Source: Devosia sp. (GTDB lineage: Bacteria > Pseudomonadota > Alphaproteobacteria > Rhizobiales > Devosiaceae). From it: a stretch of 64,000 bases of DNA. The position numbers were made by a program, and so were the translations under genes. Positions 11,462 to 20,932 of this stretch are shown in pieces (within the stretch, counting starts at the first letter, position 1; every line of letters starts with the position of its first letter). The notes below the pieces were generated by a model. That model had not been told where the DNA came from and did no database searches. It saw only the letters and a program-made list of their open reading frames with translations. The stretch is from the NCBI RefSeq assembly GCF_041917035.1, contig NZ_JAYRYM010000002.1, positions 7,863 through 71,862 on the forward strand. Reading direction: 5' to 3'.

Positions 11462-11893
11462 ATGCGTGTCACAACAGGACTACTGCTCGCTGCCGCGACG
11501 CTGACGGTTGCCGCCTGCGGCAGCGCCGAACCCGCCCCGAGACCTGCGGTCGAGGCTCCGGCGAAGACCGCCCCCGTAGAGCCGGCCGTATCGAAGCCGT
11601 CCACCCCGACAAGGCTGCCTCTAGGGGCACAGCCATTGCTCGGGACCTGGTCGGCCGATCTCACCACCTGCGGCGACCAGCGATCGGTCGTCGTCATTTC
11701 CGCCGGCAGGCTGACGTCTGCGGCGCGGACCTGCGATATCACGCTTGTCGACAACAACGACGGAAGCTTTGCCGCCGCCTGTGGCGAGGAGACGCTTCAT
11801 CTGACGCCGGTTTTCGCCCCGAGCGGCGACGGTATCAACCTCGTTGTCGATGACGGCAAGCGCGAAACCCTGTTGCGCTGCGGCCGCAACTGA
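11462..11893 (+). CDS. Hypothetical lipoprotein
   Basis: Lipobox VAAC, Pro/Ala linker, GTWS...C domain with four Cys. Confidence 0.7.
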   Translation: MRVTTGLLLAAATLTVAACGSAEPAPRPAVEAPAKTAPVEPAVSKPSTPTRLPLGAQPLLGTWSADLTTCGDQRSVVVISAGRLTSAARTCDITLVDNNDGSFAAACGEETLHLTPVFAPSGDGINLVVDDGKRETLLRCGRN

Positions 11894-11957
11894 ACCCTTC
11901 GAAACCTTCCCCTCGGGCAGCTCCGGTGGCATCATGGCGGGCCGATTGGAGACGCAC

Positions 11958-12410
11958 ATGCCTGAACTGACCCCGTTCCAGCGCATTACCCTGCAGGTGC
12001 AGGCGCAGGTGCCGCTCGTCCGCGCCATGGAGGCAGCCCTCGGCAAGGAGCGGGCGCACCAACTGGTGCGCGAGGCGCTCGACCAGGCCAATCGCGCCAT
12101 GGTCGCCCAGCGCGGCAGCTTGCTCGACATTCCCACCCTCGCCGCCGAATTCGCCGGCTTCGGCGCCGGCATCCGCTACGAATTCGAGACGCTGGAACAG
12201 ACCGACTCGCTGCTGCGCAACCAGGTCAATCACTGCGACTATGCCGAGTTCATGGAGCAGATCGGTGCTCGCGACCTTGGCGAGTTGCTGATCTGCGATG
12301 GCGACTACGCGATGGCCGATGAACTCGGCCTGCGGCTCGAGCGCAGCAAGACCTGCATGAACGGCGATGGCCACTGCGACTTCTGCTACCATGTGAAGCA
12401 GAAGCCCTGA
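11958..12410 (+). CDS. L-2-amino-thiazoline-4-carboxylic acid hydrolase-like family protein
   Basis: CDYAEF...LICDGD...LERSKTCMNG..HCDFCY pattern; GGAG RBS before ATG 11958. Confidence 0.75.
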   Translation: MPELTPFQRITLQVQAQVPLVRAMEAALGKERAHQLVREALDQANRAMVAQRGSLLDIPTLAAEFAGFGAGIRYEFETLEQTDSLLRNQVNHCDYAEFMEQIGARDLGELLICDGDYAMADELGLRLERSKTCMNGDGHCDFCYHVKQKP

Positions 12411-12420
12411 GGAGCGGCCG

Positions 12421-13425
12421 CTATCGCCCCCATCTCTCGCGCCAGGTCGGCACCACGTCGCGGGGCGCGGGACTGGCGAGATAGACCGCGCGCGCCATCG
12501 CCCGGGCCAGGCAAACCGCAGCGGCGTGGCCGATATGCATGACGTTGGCGATGGGATTGTCGAGCGCCCGTGCCCCGGTGGACACCGAGAAGATCAGGTC
12601 GCCGTCCACCTGCGTATGCGACGGGCTGGCGCCGCGCGCGATGCCGTCCTGCGCTGCCACCGCCAGCCGCTTGAGTTGCGCCTTGGTCAGGTCGGCGTCG
12701 GTGGCGACGATGGCGATCGTGGTGTTGGCGATGGGGTTCACCCAGTCCCGCTTGGAGCGGGCCGTCTGGGCGAAGTCCAGCGGCCCAGAGAAGCAGCCGA
12801 GTCCGCCGAACTCGTCGCCGACCTCGAACGGTGCGGCCCAGAAGTGCCGGGTGTCGCCCATGGTGACACTGCCGGTCGGATTGGCGGCAACCAGGGCGCC
12901 GACCGTGTACCCGCCGGGAATCTGAAGTGAGGCCGAGCCGAGGCCGCCCTTCAGGTTGGCCGTCAGAGCCCCCACGCCGGCGCCCGCCGTACCAAGCGCG
13001 AAGTCCCGCCCGGCCGCAGCCAGAGCCTGCCGTCCCAGATCCCGATAGGGGTTCTCGTCCCAGTCCTTGTCGCCTTCATTCAGCAGATCGAAGATGATCG
13101 CTCCCGGAACGATCGGCACGGTTGCCTTCTCGACGCGGAACCCGCGGCCCAGCTTCCGCAGGCCGTCAGTCACTCCCGACGCGGCGTCGAGACCAAAGGC
13201 CGAACCACCGGAAAGCACCAGCGCGTCGATATCCTCCACCAGCTTGTCGGGCGCGAGGAGTTCGGTCTCGCGCGCACCGGGCGAGCCACCCATGACGTCG
13301 ACCGAAGCGCGAAACGGACGGTCCGCCACCAACACTGTGGTGCCGGTCTTGATCCGGTAGTCCTCGGCATTGCCGACGAGGAGTCCCTCGACATCGGTGA
13401 TCAGGTTGCGTGGTCCGGTTCGCAT
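12421..13425 (-). CDS. P1 family (S58, DmpA-like) peptidase
   Basis: NLITDVEGLLVG, GGSPGARET, LSGGSAFGL, autoproteolysis-type NTTIAIVATDA, DGDLIF. Confidence 0.9.
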   Translation of the reverse strand: MRTGPRNLITDVEGLLVGNAEDYRIKTGTTVLVADRPFRASVDVMGGSPGARETELLAPDKLVEDIDALVLSGGSAFGLDAASGVTDGLRKLGRGFRVEKATVPIVPGAIIFDLLNEGDKDWDENPYRDLGRQALAAAGRDFALGTAGAGVGALTANLKGGLGSASLQIPGGYTVGALVAANPTGSVTMGDTRHFWAAPFEVGDEFGGLGCFSGPLDFAQTARSKRDWVNPIANTTIAIVATDADLTKAQLKRLAVAAQDGIARGASPSHTQVDGDLIFSVSTGARALDNPIANVMHIGHAAAVCLARAMARAVYLASPAPRDVVPTWRERWGR

Positions 13426-13460
13426 CCGGGCTCCTTGTCTTGGTTGTGTAGAGCAGCCGG

Positions 13461-14780
13461 TTAGGCCGCCGCCAGCTTCGCGTTGACCAGTTCCAGCGCC
13501 CGGTTGAGCGGTACGCCGTCCGGGTCCCAGGTGCGCCGTACGTCCAGCATCTGCCGCGCCACCGCCCAGTTGCCCTGCTTGAGATGGGCATCCAGCAGCA
13601 ATTGTCCGAACAGGTCGCGCTGGGCGTGGCTGCCGCCGATCTCGGTCAGGCGCGGATTGGCGATCGACAGCCAGTGCACCGCCCCGGCGTAGTCGCGGCG
13701 CGCATGCGCCAGCACACCGCGTGCCGCCGGCAGCGCCACCTGCTGCCAGACCAGCCGATCGAACGCCGTCGAACGAGCCGCCTTGTCCTCCACCGCCTGC
13801 AGCAGCAGGTCGGCCTCGGCATACTCCGCCCTTGCGAGGCCATAGAGGTACTGCAGGGTCAGGAACGGCTGCACCGTGTCGCCCGCGCGCCCCCTCATGT
13901 GCTCGGCGACATCCTGCCAGCGATCGCCGACATCGAGCCCGGCGACCTCCATTCGGGCCAGCAGCGACACCGCGCCGACCTGGTCCTGCGAGTAGTCCGG
14001 CTCGATGCCCCAGACATGGTTGTCGTAGGCGTCGAACACCGCCTGGTTGTCGCCCTCGCTGAGGTGAAACAGCGCCTTGTGCCACCAGTTGTGCGTGTAC
14101 ATGAAGGAGTTGAGGTCGACCCAGGTCCGTTGCGCCTCCGTCAGGAAGGCGACGCCTTCCCTCACTCGGCCCTGGCCGAGCATGACATGGGCCAGCGCGT
14201 GTTGCGCCCAGGGTTCTTTCTGCCTGAGCTCGAGTGCCAGACGGGCCTCGCGCTCGGCCGCCTCCAGCTGGTGCGATTGCTCGTGGGCGAAGGCGAGCAT
14301 GCCGTGCAGGTGGGCATTGTCGCGGTTCGCCGCCTCTGCGGCCTTGCCGATCCGCAGCATGCCCGCTGCATCCCCACGGTTGAAGCTGTGATACTGGTGC
14401 AGCTTCACCGCAGCCAGGTCACGGGGGAACCGCGCGACGATCTCGTCCCCGATCGCCTGCACCGCGGGGACGTCGTTCGCCACCCAGCGCTCGAGCTGGG
14501 CCAGCAGCATCCGCTCGCGCTCGTTGGCCCCCGGCGAGGCCCTGGTCGCTGCCTCGAGGTAGCGCCGCGCCATGGCCGGTGCCGCCGATGCCTCGAGGAA
14601 CATCCAGATGAAGCCGGCATAGACGTTGGCGAGGGTCGAGTCGGGCGCCGCGTCGGCCGAGGCGAGGATGTTCGCCGCCTTCTTCTCATAGCCGAGAAAG
14701 CCCAGAACGAAGTCGTCGATACCTGCGAGCGTCGCGGCATCGGCGATACTGACGTCATTGCCGAGAGCGTCCTGTGCCAT
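13461..14780 (-). CDS. TPR-repeat protein, TTC38-like
   Basis: HGMLAFAHE, WAQHALAHV, HNWWHKALF, IGGSHAQRDL motifs typical of TTC38-like proteins. Confidence 0.8.
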   Translation of the reverse strand: MAQDALGNDVSIADAATLAGIDDFVLGFLGYEKKAANILASADAAPDSTLANVYAGFIWMFLEASAAPAMARRYLEAATRASPGANERERMLLAQLERWVANDVPAVQAIGDEIVARFPRDLAAVKLHQYHSFNRGDAAGMLRIGKAAEAANRDNAHLHGMLAFAHEQSHQLEAAEREARLALELRQKEPWAQHALAHVMLGQGRVREGVAFLTEAQRTWVDLNSFMYTHNWWHKALFHLSEGDNQAVFDAYDNHVWGIEPDYSQDQVGAVSLLARMEVAGLDVGDRWQDVAEHMRGRAGDTVQPFLTLQYLYGLARAEYAEADLLLQAVEDKAARSTAFDRLVWQQVALPAARGVLAHARRDYAGAVHWLSIANPRLTEIGGSHAQRDLFGQLLLDAHLKQGNWAVARQMLDVRRTWDPDGVPLNRALELVNAKLAAA

Positions 14781-14795
14781 GCTGGCCCACACGAT

Positions 14796-14811
14796 TTGTC
14801 CACATGGTCAA
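14796..14811. promoter_or_regulatory. Candidate RutR (TetR-family) operator
   Basis: TTGTCCA-CA-TGGTCAA, one mismatch from TTGACCAnnTGGTCAA, 15 nt upstream of the TPR gene start. Confidence 0.65.
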
Positions 14812-14994
14812 ATATAGACCCACCCGTGGCGCTGTCCACGCGACACGCTGACATTGCGGAGTGTCCGGGGATACGGCCGTTCACAAACGTGGCCGAATCA
14901 TGGCGAGCGCACTCAAGATCGCTTGCGCCACAAGGACTTACAGCGCTCCCCGGGGGGCCGGAAAGTGTCTATCCCCAGTTCCTGCCCGGCCCGG

Positions 14995-15735
14995 CTAGAT
15001 CACCCGGCCCCCATCCACCTCAAGGGCCACCCCGGTGATCATGCTGGCCTCGTCCGAGCAGAGGAAGCAGGCGGCATTGCCCATGTCCTCGGGGGTCGAG
15101 AAGCGTCCCAGCGGGATGGTCGACAGGAATTTCGCCCGGATCTCAGGCGTGTCCTCGCCCATGAAGGTCTTCAGCAGCGGAGTCTCACCGGCCACCGGAT
15201 TGATCGCGTTGACGCGCACGCCGAGCGGCGCCAGTTCGATCGCCATCGACTTGGTTGCCGTCACCATCCAGCCCTTGCTGGCATTGTACCAGCTCAGCCG
15301 GGGCCGCGGGCTCACCGCCGCCGTGGAGGCCACGTTGAGGATCGCCCCGGTCCTGCGCGCCTTGAAATGCGGCACCAGGTGGCGCGCCGTCAGGTAGACC
15401 GACTTCATGTTCACATTGAACACGCGATCGAAATCCGCCTCCGAAATCTCGTCCAGCGCCGCCGGCAGGTGCGACACGCCGGCATTGTTGACGAGAATGT
15501 CGACCTTGCCGAACGCCATCAGCGCCGCTGCCGCCAGCTGGTTGACGCTCGCGTCCTTGCTGACGTCCACGTGCCCGGCCTTCTGCCCCAGCTCCCGCGC
15601 CAGCGCCTCCGCACCCTCGAGGTTGATGTCGGCGATCAGCACCCGCGCGCCCTCGGCCGCGAACTTGCGCACGATGCCGGCGCCGAACCCTGATGCGCCG
15701 CCGGTCACGATGGCGACCTTGTTTTCAAGTCTCAT
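14995..15735 (-). CDS. Short-chain dehydrogenase/reductase
   Basis: TGGASGFG, NNAG, YNASK. Confidence 0.92.
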   Translation of the reverse strand: MRLENKVAIVTGGASGFGAGIVRKFAAEGARVLIADINLEGAEALARELGQKAGHVDVSKDASVNQLAAAALMAFGKVDILVNNAGVSHLPAALDEISEADFDRVFNVNMKSVYLTARHLVPHFKARRTGAILNVASTAAVSPRPRLSWYNASKGWMVTATKSMAIELAPLGVRVNAINPVAGETPLLKTFMGEDTPEIRAKFLSTIPLGRFSTPEDMGNAACFLCSDEASMITGVALEVDGGRVI

Positions 15736-15751
15736 GCTTTCCTCGATTCTT

Positions 15752-15866
15752 CCCCTCACCCGGTCGCTGCGCGACCACCCTCTCCCTCAAGGGGAGAGGG
15801 AAGATTTGCCCCACACCTCCCCTCTCCCCTTGAGGGAGAGGGGTGCCCGAAGGGCGGGGTGAGGGG
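15752..15866. repeat. RIME/REP-like composite palindromic intergenic element
   Basis: CCCCTCACCC...CCCTCTCCCTCAAGGGGAGAGGG and an inverted copy ending GGGTGAGGGG; resembles rhizobial palindromic repeats. Confidence 0.8.
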
Positions 15867-15876
15867 CCGTTCCCAG

Positions 15877-17331
15877 TTACCCATGCCAGGCCGCCACCGT
15901 CTTCAACACCGAGAAGCCATACAGCGCCTCGAATCCCTTTTCCCGACCGTGCCCGGACTTGCCCACACCGCCGAACGGCAGCTCCACGCCGCCGCCGGCA
16001 CCGTAATTGTTGAGAAAGACCTGCCCGGTCTTGATCGCCTTGGCCATGCGCATCTGGCGCCCGCCGTCGCGCGTCCACACGCCCGCAACCAGCCCGTAGT
16101 CGGTGCCGTTGGCGATCGCCACCGCTTCGGCCTCGTCCTCGAACGGGATCACCACCTGCACCGGGCCGAAGATCTCGTCCTGCGCCAGCCGGTCGTCCGG
16201 GCGCACCCTCGCCACCAGCGTTGGCGCGAGGTAGTGCCCGGCGCGCGGAGCGTCGCCGACGATCGTCCCCTGCCCCGCCACCTCGCCGCCGCCGAGATCG
16301 CCGAGGAAGCCGCCGACGATCTCCTTCTGCCGCTCGGACACCAGCGGCCCGAGGTCGAGATCGGCAATTGCCGGTCCCACCCGCAGCCCGTTATAGCGCG
16401 CTGCCATCCGCTCCAGCACTTCGTCGTGGATCGACCGGTGCACGAGGATGCGGGAGCTTGCCGAGCAGGTCTGCCCGGCATTCTGGATACCGGCATTGAC
16501 GAGGAACGGCAGCGCCCTGTCGAGGTCGGCATCCTCGAACACCACCTGCGGCGACTTCCCCCCCAGCTCCAGCGTCACCGGCACGACATTCTCGGCCGCG
16601 GCGTGCTGGATGAGACGGCCGACCCCCACCGACCCGGTGAACGAGATATGGTTGATTCCCCGGTGTGCCGTCAGCGCCGCGCCCGCTTCCTCGCCGAGCC
16701 CGGGCACGACGTTCAGCGCACCCGCCGGCAGTCCCGCTTCCTCGGCGATCCTGGCAAAGGCGATGGCGGTGAGGCAGGCCTCCTCGGCCGGTTTCAGTAC
16801 CGCCGCATTGCCCATGGCGAGCGCCCCGGTCACCGAGCGGCCGATGATCTGCATCGGGTAGTTCCACGGGATGATGTGTGCCGTCACCCCGTGCGGCTCG
16901 CGCAGCGTATAGACCGTGTAGCCGTCGAGATAGGGAATGGTCTCGCCCATGATCTTGTCGCAGGCGCCGCCATAGAACTCGAGGTAGCGGGCGAGCGCCA
17001 GGGCGTCGGCCCGCGCCTGCTTGAGCGGCTTGCCGACATCCATCGCCTCGATGCGGGCCAGGTCGTCGACCCGTTCGAGCACCTTCTGCCCGATCCGCGT
17101 CAGGATGCGGCCACGCTCCGCCGCCGGGGTCCGTCCCCAGTCCCCCGCGAGGGCAGCATGGGCGGCCGCCACTGCCGCATCGACGTCGGCGGATTGCCCC
17201 CTCGGGACGGCGCCGATGGTGGCGCCGGTCGAAGGGTCCTCGATCGGCAGGTAGTCGCCGCCCAGCGGCGCCACCCAGCGCCCGCCGATGAAGCACTTGG
17301 TCGGATCGAAAAACAGGTTCAGCTCGCTCAT
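15877..17331 (-). CDS. Aldehyde dehydrogenase
   Basis: IIPWNYP, FTGS, ELGGKSP, NAGQTC, EIFGP, PFGG. Confidence 0.95.
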   Translation of the reverse strand: MSELNLFFDPTKCFIGGRWVAPLGGDYLPIEDPSTGATIGAVPRGQSADVDAAVAAAHAALAGDWGRTPAAERGRILTRIGQKVLERVDDLARIEAMDVGKPLKQARADALALARYLEFYGGACDKIMGETIPYLDGYTVYTLREPHGVTAHIIPWNYPMQIIGRSVTGALAMGNAAVLKPAEEACLTAIAFARIAEEAGLPAGALNVVPGLGEEAGAALTAHRGINHISFTGSVGVGRLIQHAAAENVVPVTLELGGKSPQVVFEDADLDRALPFLVNAGIQNAGQTCSASSRILVHRSIHDEVLERMAARYNGLRVGPAIADLDLGPLVSERQKEIVGGFLGDLGGGEVAGQGTIVGDAPRAGHYLAPTLVARVRPDDRLAQDEIFGPVQVVIPFEDEAEAVAIANGTDYGLVAGVWTRDGGRQMRMAKAIKTGQVFLNNYGAGGGVELPFGGVGKSGHGREKGFEALYGFSVLKTVAAWHG

Positions 17332-17394
17332 TCTTGTCACTCGTCACAGGGCGACGACGGACTGGTCGTCACACGCCTTCGGGCCATTTCGTCG

Positions 17395-19014
17395 TCAGCG
17401 GCCATCGCTCTCCCGCGCCGCCAGCGCCGCCTCCAGGTTCGGCGTCGCCGCCAGAAGTTCCTGCGTATAGGGGTGCTGTGGATTGCGGAACACCGCCTCG
17501 GTCTCGCCGCTCTCGACGATCTCGCCGCGCCGCATGACCAGCACCCGATCGGTGATCGAGCGCACCACCGCCAGATCGTGCGAGATGAACAGATAGCTCA
17601 GTTGCAGCCTGTCCGACAGGTCGGCGAGCAGGTCGAGAATCTGCGCCCGGATCGACACGTCCAGCGCCGAGACCGCCTCGTCGAGGATGATCAGCCTGGG
17701 CTCGATGATCAGCGCCCGCGCGATGGCGATGCGCTGCCGCTGTCCACCGGAGAACTCGTGGATGTACTTGTCGGCATCCGACGCCGCCAGACCGACCTCG
17801 TCGAGCGCGCGAGCGACCCGGCGGTCGCGTTCCGCCCCGGTCGGCGCCGCGCTGCCCAGCAGATGGAACGGCTCGCTGACCAGGCGATCGACCCGATGCC
17901 GCGGGTTGAAGCTGCCATAGGGATCCTGGAACACCACCTGCAGCTTGCGCCGCGTCGCCGGCAGGGCCCCGCGGCGCGGATCGACGGCCTCGCCATCGAT
18001 GCTGATCGCCCCGCCCTCGATCGGCTCGAGCGCCATGATCGCCCGGGCCAGCGTCGATTTTCCGCAGCCCGATTCCCCTACCAGGCCGACGTTCTCACCC
18101 CGCTCGATGCGCAGACTGACGCGGTTCACCGCCCGCAGCACCTGGCGGGGTGCGAACAGGCTGCGGCGCGGCAGTGGATACTCCCGCACCACATTGTCGA
18201 CCGACAGCACCGGAACGCCACCCGACATGGCGGGAGGCACCCGCGGCGGCACGTGCGAGGAGGCCTCAAACAGCGCCTTCGAGTACGGGTGCCGGAGGTT
18301 GCGGAACAGGGCGACGGTCGGCCCCGCCTCGACCACTTCTCCCTGCCGCATGATGGCCACCTTGTCGGCCAGCCCGGCGACCACCCCGAGGTCGTGGGTG
18401 ATGAAGATCATCCCCATCCCATCCTCGTCGACCAGCCTGTTGAGGAGCCTGAGGATCTGTGCCTGCGTGGTGACGTCGAGCGCCGTGGTCGGCTCGTCGG
18501 CGATCAGCAGCTTCGGTCGCATGGCGATGGCCATGGCGATGACGACGCGCTGGCGCTGGCCCCCGCTCAACTCGTGCGGATAGCGGTCGAGCGGAAACCG
18601 CTCGACCGGCAGTTCGACGCGCTCCATCGTCTCGCGCGCCACGATCATCGCATCGTGCCGGTTCATCCTGCCATGGACGCGCGCCGTCTCGGCAATCTGC
18701 TCGCCGATGGTCTTGACCGGATTGAGGGCCGTCATCGGCTCCTGGAACACCATGCCGATGCGGTCGCCCCGGATCTTCCGCATCTCGGCGTCGGGCAGGC
18801 CCAGCACCTCGCGCCCCTCGAAGGCGATCGATCCCGTCGTCGTCGCTCCGGCCGGCAGCAATTGCATGATCGAGAGCGCCGTCATCGACTTGCCGGACCC
18901 GGACTCCCCGATCACGCCGAGGATCTCCCCGGCATCGACCGCGAGGTCGATATGCTTGAGGATGCTCGTCGAGCCGATACGAAGCGACAGATGGTGAACC
19001 TCGAGCAGCGCCAT
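17395..19014 (-). CDS. Dpp/Opp-type ABC transporter ATP-binding protein (two fused NBDs)
   Basis: Walker A GESGSGKS and GESGCGKS; LSGGQRQR and FSGGQRQR; start overlaps upstream stop. Confidence 0.95.
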   Translation of the reverse strand: MALLEVHHLSLRIGSTSILKHIDLAVDAGEILGVIGESGSGKSMTALSIMQLLPAGATTTGSIAFEGREVLGLPDAEMRKIRGDRIGMVFQEPMTALNPVKTIGEQIAETARVHGRMNRHDAMIVARETMERVELPVERFPLDRYPHELSGGQRQRVVIAMAIAMRPKLLIADEPTTALDVTTQAQILRLLNRLVDEDGMGMIFITHDLGVVAGLADKVAIMRQGEVVEAGPTVALFRNLRHPYSKALFEASSHVPPRVPPAMSGGVPVLSVDNVVREYPLPRRSLFAPRQVLRAVNRVSLRIERGENVGLVGESGCGKSTLARAIMALEPIEGGAISIDGEAVDPRRGALPATRRKLQVVFQDPYGSFNPRHRVDRLVSEPFHLLGSAAPTGAERDRRVARALDEVGLAASDADKYIHEFSGGQRQRIAIARALIIEPRLIILDEAVSALDVSIRAQILDLLADLSDRLQLSYLFISHDLAVVRSITDRVLVMRRGEIVESGETEAVFRNPQHPYTQELLAATPNLEAALAARESDGR

Positions 19015-19880
19015 CAGCGGCTTCGCCTCAGCCTGGGATCGAACACGTCGCGCAGCCCGTCGCCCAGAAGGTTCACGCCCAGCACCATGAGGACAATGGT
19101 GATTCCCGGAACCAGCGCGACGTGCGGTGCCAGCGAGATCATGGTCTGGCTGTCGGCCAGCATCTTGCCCCAGCTCGGGGTCGGCGGCTGCACGCCGAGC
19201 CCCACATAGGCGAGGGCCGCCTCGGCCAGGATGCCGAGGGCAAACTGGATCGTCGCCTGCACCACCAGCGTGTTGAGGATGTTGGGCAGGATGTGCTCGA
19301 CCGAAATCCGCGCCGCCCCCTTGCCCGCCACGCGTGCCGCCATGATGAACTCGCGCTGCCACAGGCTCAGCGCGCCCGCCCGCGCCAGCCTCGCGAAGAC
19401 CGGCATGTTGTAGAGCCCCACCGCGATGATGGCGTTGATCGCCCCCGGCCCGAACACGGCGGTGATCAGAATGGCGATCAGCAGGGCCGGAAAAGCGAAA
19501 ACGAGGTCGTTGGAGCGCATCAGCACGTCGTCGAGCAGCGTGCCCCGTTTCGCGGCGGCCAGCAACCCGACCGGCACCCCGACCAGCATGGCGATGCTGA
19601 CCGCCACGAAGGCCACGGCGATCGAGGTGCGCGCCCCGACCATGATCATCGAGAAGATGTCGCGCCCGAAATGGTCGGTCCCCAGCCAGTGCTCCAGCGT
19701 CGGCGGCTTGAGCTTGTTGGGGATGTTCTGCACCGTCACCTCGAACGGCGTCCAGGCGAACGAGACAAGTGCCAGCAGGACAAAGACCGCCGTGATGGTG
19801 GCGCCGATGAGAAAGTTCGGCGAGCGCAGGGCTGCCCGCCACAGGCTGTCCGATGCGCGAGCCGCGGCAATGGCGCTCAT
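19014..19880 (-). CDS. Dpp/Opp-type ABC permease (DppC-like)
   Basis: HWLGTDHFGRDIF, EAALAYVGLG, PSWG; ATGA overlap with the upstream permease. Confidence 0.93.
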   Translation of the reverse strand: MSAIAAARASDSLWRAALRSPNFLIGATITAVFVLLALVSFAWTPFEVTVQNIPNKLKPPTLEHWLGTDHFGRDIFSMIMVGARTSIAVAFVAVSIAMLVGVPVGLLAAAKRGTLLDDVLMRSNDLVFAFPALLIAILITAVFGPGAINAIIAVGLYNMPVFARLARAGALSLWQREFIMAARVAGKGAARISVEHILPNILNTLVVQATIQFALGILAEAALAYVGLGVQPPTPSWGKMLADSQTMISLAPHVALVPGITIVLMVLGVNLLGDGLRDVFDPRLRRSR

Positions 19881-20824
19881 CGCGCTGCCCTCCGCAGTCG
19901 CGGGTCGACCAGCGCGTAGGTCACATCGACGAGGAAGGTGACGAGGATCACGGCGAACACCAGCAGCATCACCACCGACTTCACCACGATCAGGTCGCGC
20001 GAGGTAATGCCCTGGAACACCAGCCGGCCGAGCCCGGGCAAAAAGAAGACGTTCTCGATGATGATGGCACCGGCGAGCAGGAAGCTGAACTGCAGCCCGA
20101 TGATGGTCAGCACCGGGATCAGGGCGTTGCGCAGCGCGTGCCGCCATAGCGTCTGCCACCGGCTCAGGCCCTTGGCGCGGGCCGAGCGGATGTAATCCTC
20201 GCCGAGCGTATCGAGCAGGGAGGACCGCATCACCCGCGCGAGGATCGAGGCCTGCGGCAGCGCCAGGGCGATGGCCGGCAGGGTCAGCGACTTCATCGCC
20301 ATCAGTGGATCCTGCCAGCCGGCGAAGCCGCCGGCGTTGAACCAGCGCAGCGTGATCGAGAACAGCAGCACCAGCAGCATGGCGAACCAGAAGTTCGGCA
20401 CCGCCACCCCCAGTTGCGTCGCCCCCATGATGGTGACGTCGGTCGCCGAGTTTCGCCGCACCGCCGCGAGGATGCCGACCGGGAAGGCGATCAGCGTGGA
20501 CAGGGCCAGCGCATAGAGCGCCAGCGGCAGGCTGATCCAGATGCGATCCGCAATCAGTTGCGCCACCGGCACCTTGTAGGTGTAGCTGATGCCGAAATCG
20601 CCGCGCAGCAGCCCCAGCACCCAGGTGGCGTAGCGCTCGAGCGGCGGTCCGTTCAGCCCGAGCGCCTGGCGCAGCGTCTCGGCCGCCTCGGGCGTGGCAT
20701 TGAGGCCCAGCATGAACTGGGCCGGATCGCCCGGGACCACCTCGATGACGAGAAAGATCACGATGCTCGCAGCCACGAGGCTGAGCACCAGCGAGACGAG
20801 CCGCCCGAGAAGGAACGAGGACAT
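19877..20824 (-). CDS. Dpp/Opp-type ABC permease (DppB-like)
   Basis: PGDPA, EDYIRSARAKGL, HALRNA, ENVFFLPGLG. Confidence 0.95.
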   Translation of the reverse strand: MSSFLLGRLVSLVLSLVAASIVIFLVIEVVPGDPAQFMLGLNATPEAAETLRQALGLNGPPLERYATWVLGLLRGDFGISYTYKVPVAQLIADRIWISLPLALYALALSTLIAFPVGILAAVRRNSATDVTIMGATQLGVAVPNFWFAMLLVLLFSITLRWFNAGGFAGWQDPLMAMKSLTLPAIALALPQASILARVMRSSLLDTLGEDYIRSARAKGLSRWQTLWRHALRNALIPVLTIIGLQFSFLLAGAIIIENVFFLPGLGRLVFQGITSRDLIVVKSVVMLLVFAVILVTFLVDVTYALVDPRLRRAAR

Positions 20825-20902
20825 CAGCTGGATTCACCGGCGCGGCCACACGCGCCGGTGACGCCGTGGTTGTGGGAGGATCGGTTGGTCAACTCGGGAA
20901 AT

Positions 20903-20925
20903 GGGGCGGGCCAGCGGCCCGCCCC
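20903..20925 (-). terminator. Stem-loop after the substrate-binding protein gene (partial terminator or mRNA stabiliser)
   Basis: Perfect 10-bp GGGGCGGGCC/GGCCCGCCCC stem with a short ATTT tail. Confidence 0.5.
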
Positions 20926-20932
20926 GTCACGA

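Noticed and set aside
12421-14085. Apparent long N-terminal extensions or fusions in the ORF track (also 17395-19842, 19014-20849, 48807-51080, 51066-52439)
   Set aside because: The extensions overlap neighbouring genes in another frame; internal starts with RBS or stop/start overlaps explain the true genes
14880-14997. Possible degenerate rhizobial repeat (CAAGGACTTACAGCGC)
   Set aside because: Too degenerate to delimit without a genome-wide search
15859-19209. 1116-aa plus-strand ORF and similar long antisense ORFs (e.g. 41020-43203, 46730-49006)
   Set aside because: They are shadows of real minus-strand genes in a high-GC genome; Arg/Gly-rich with no motifs
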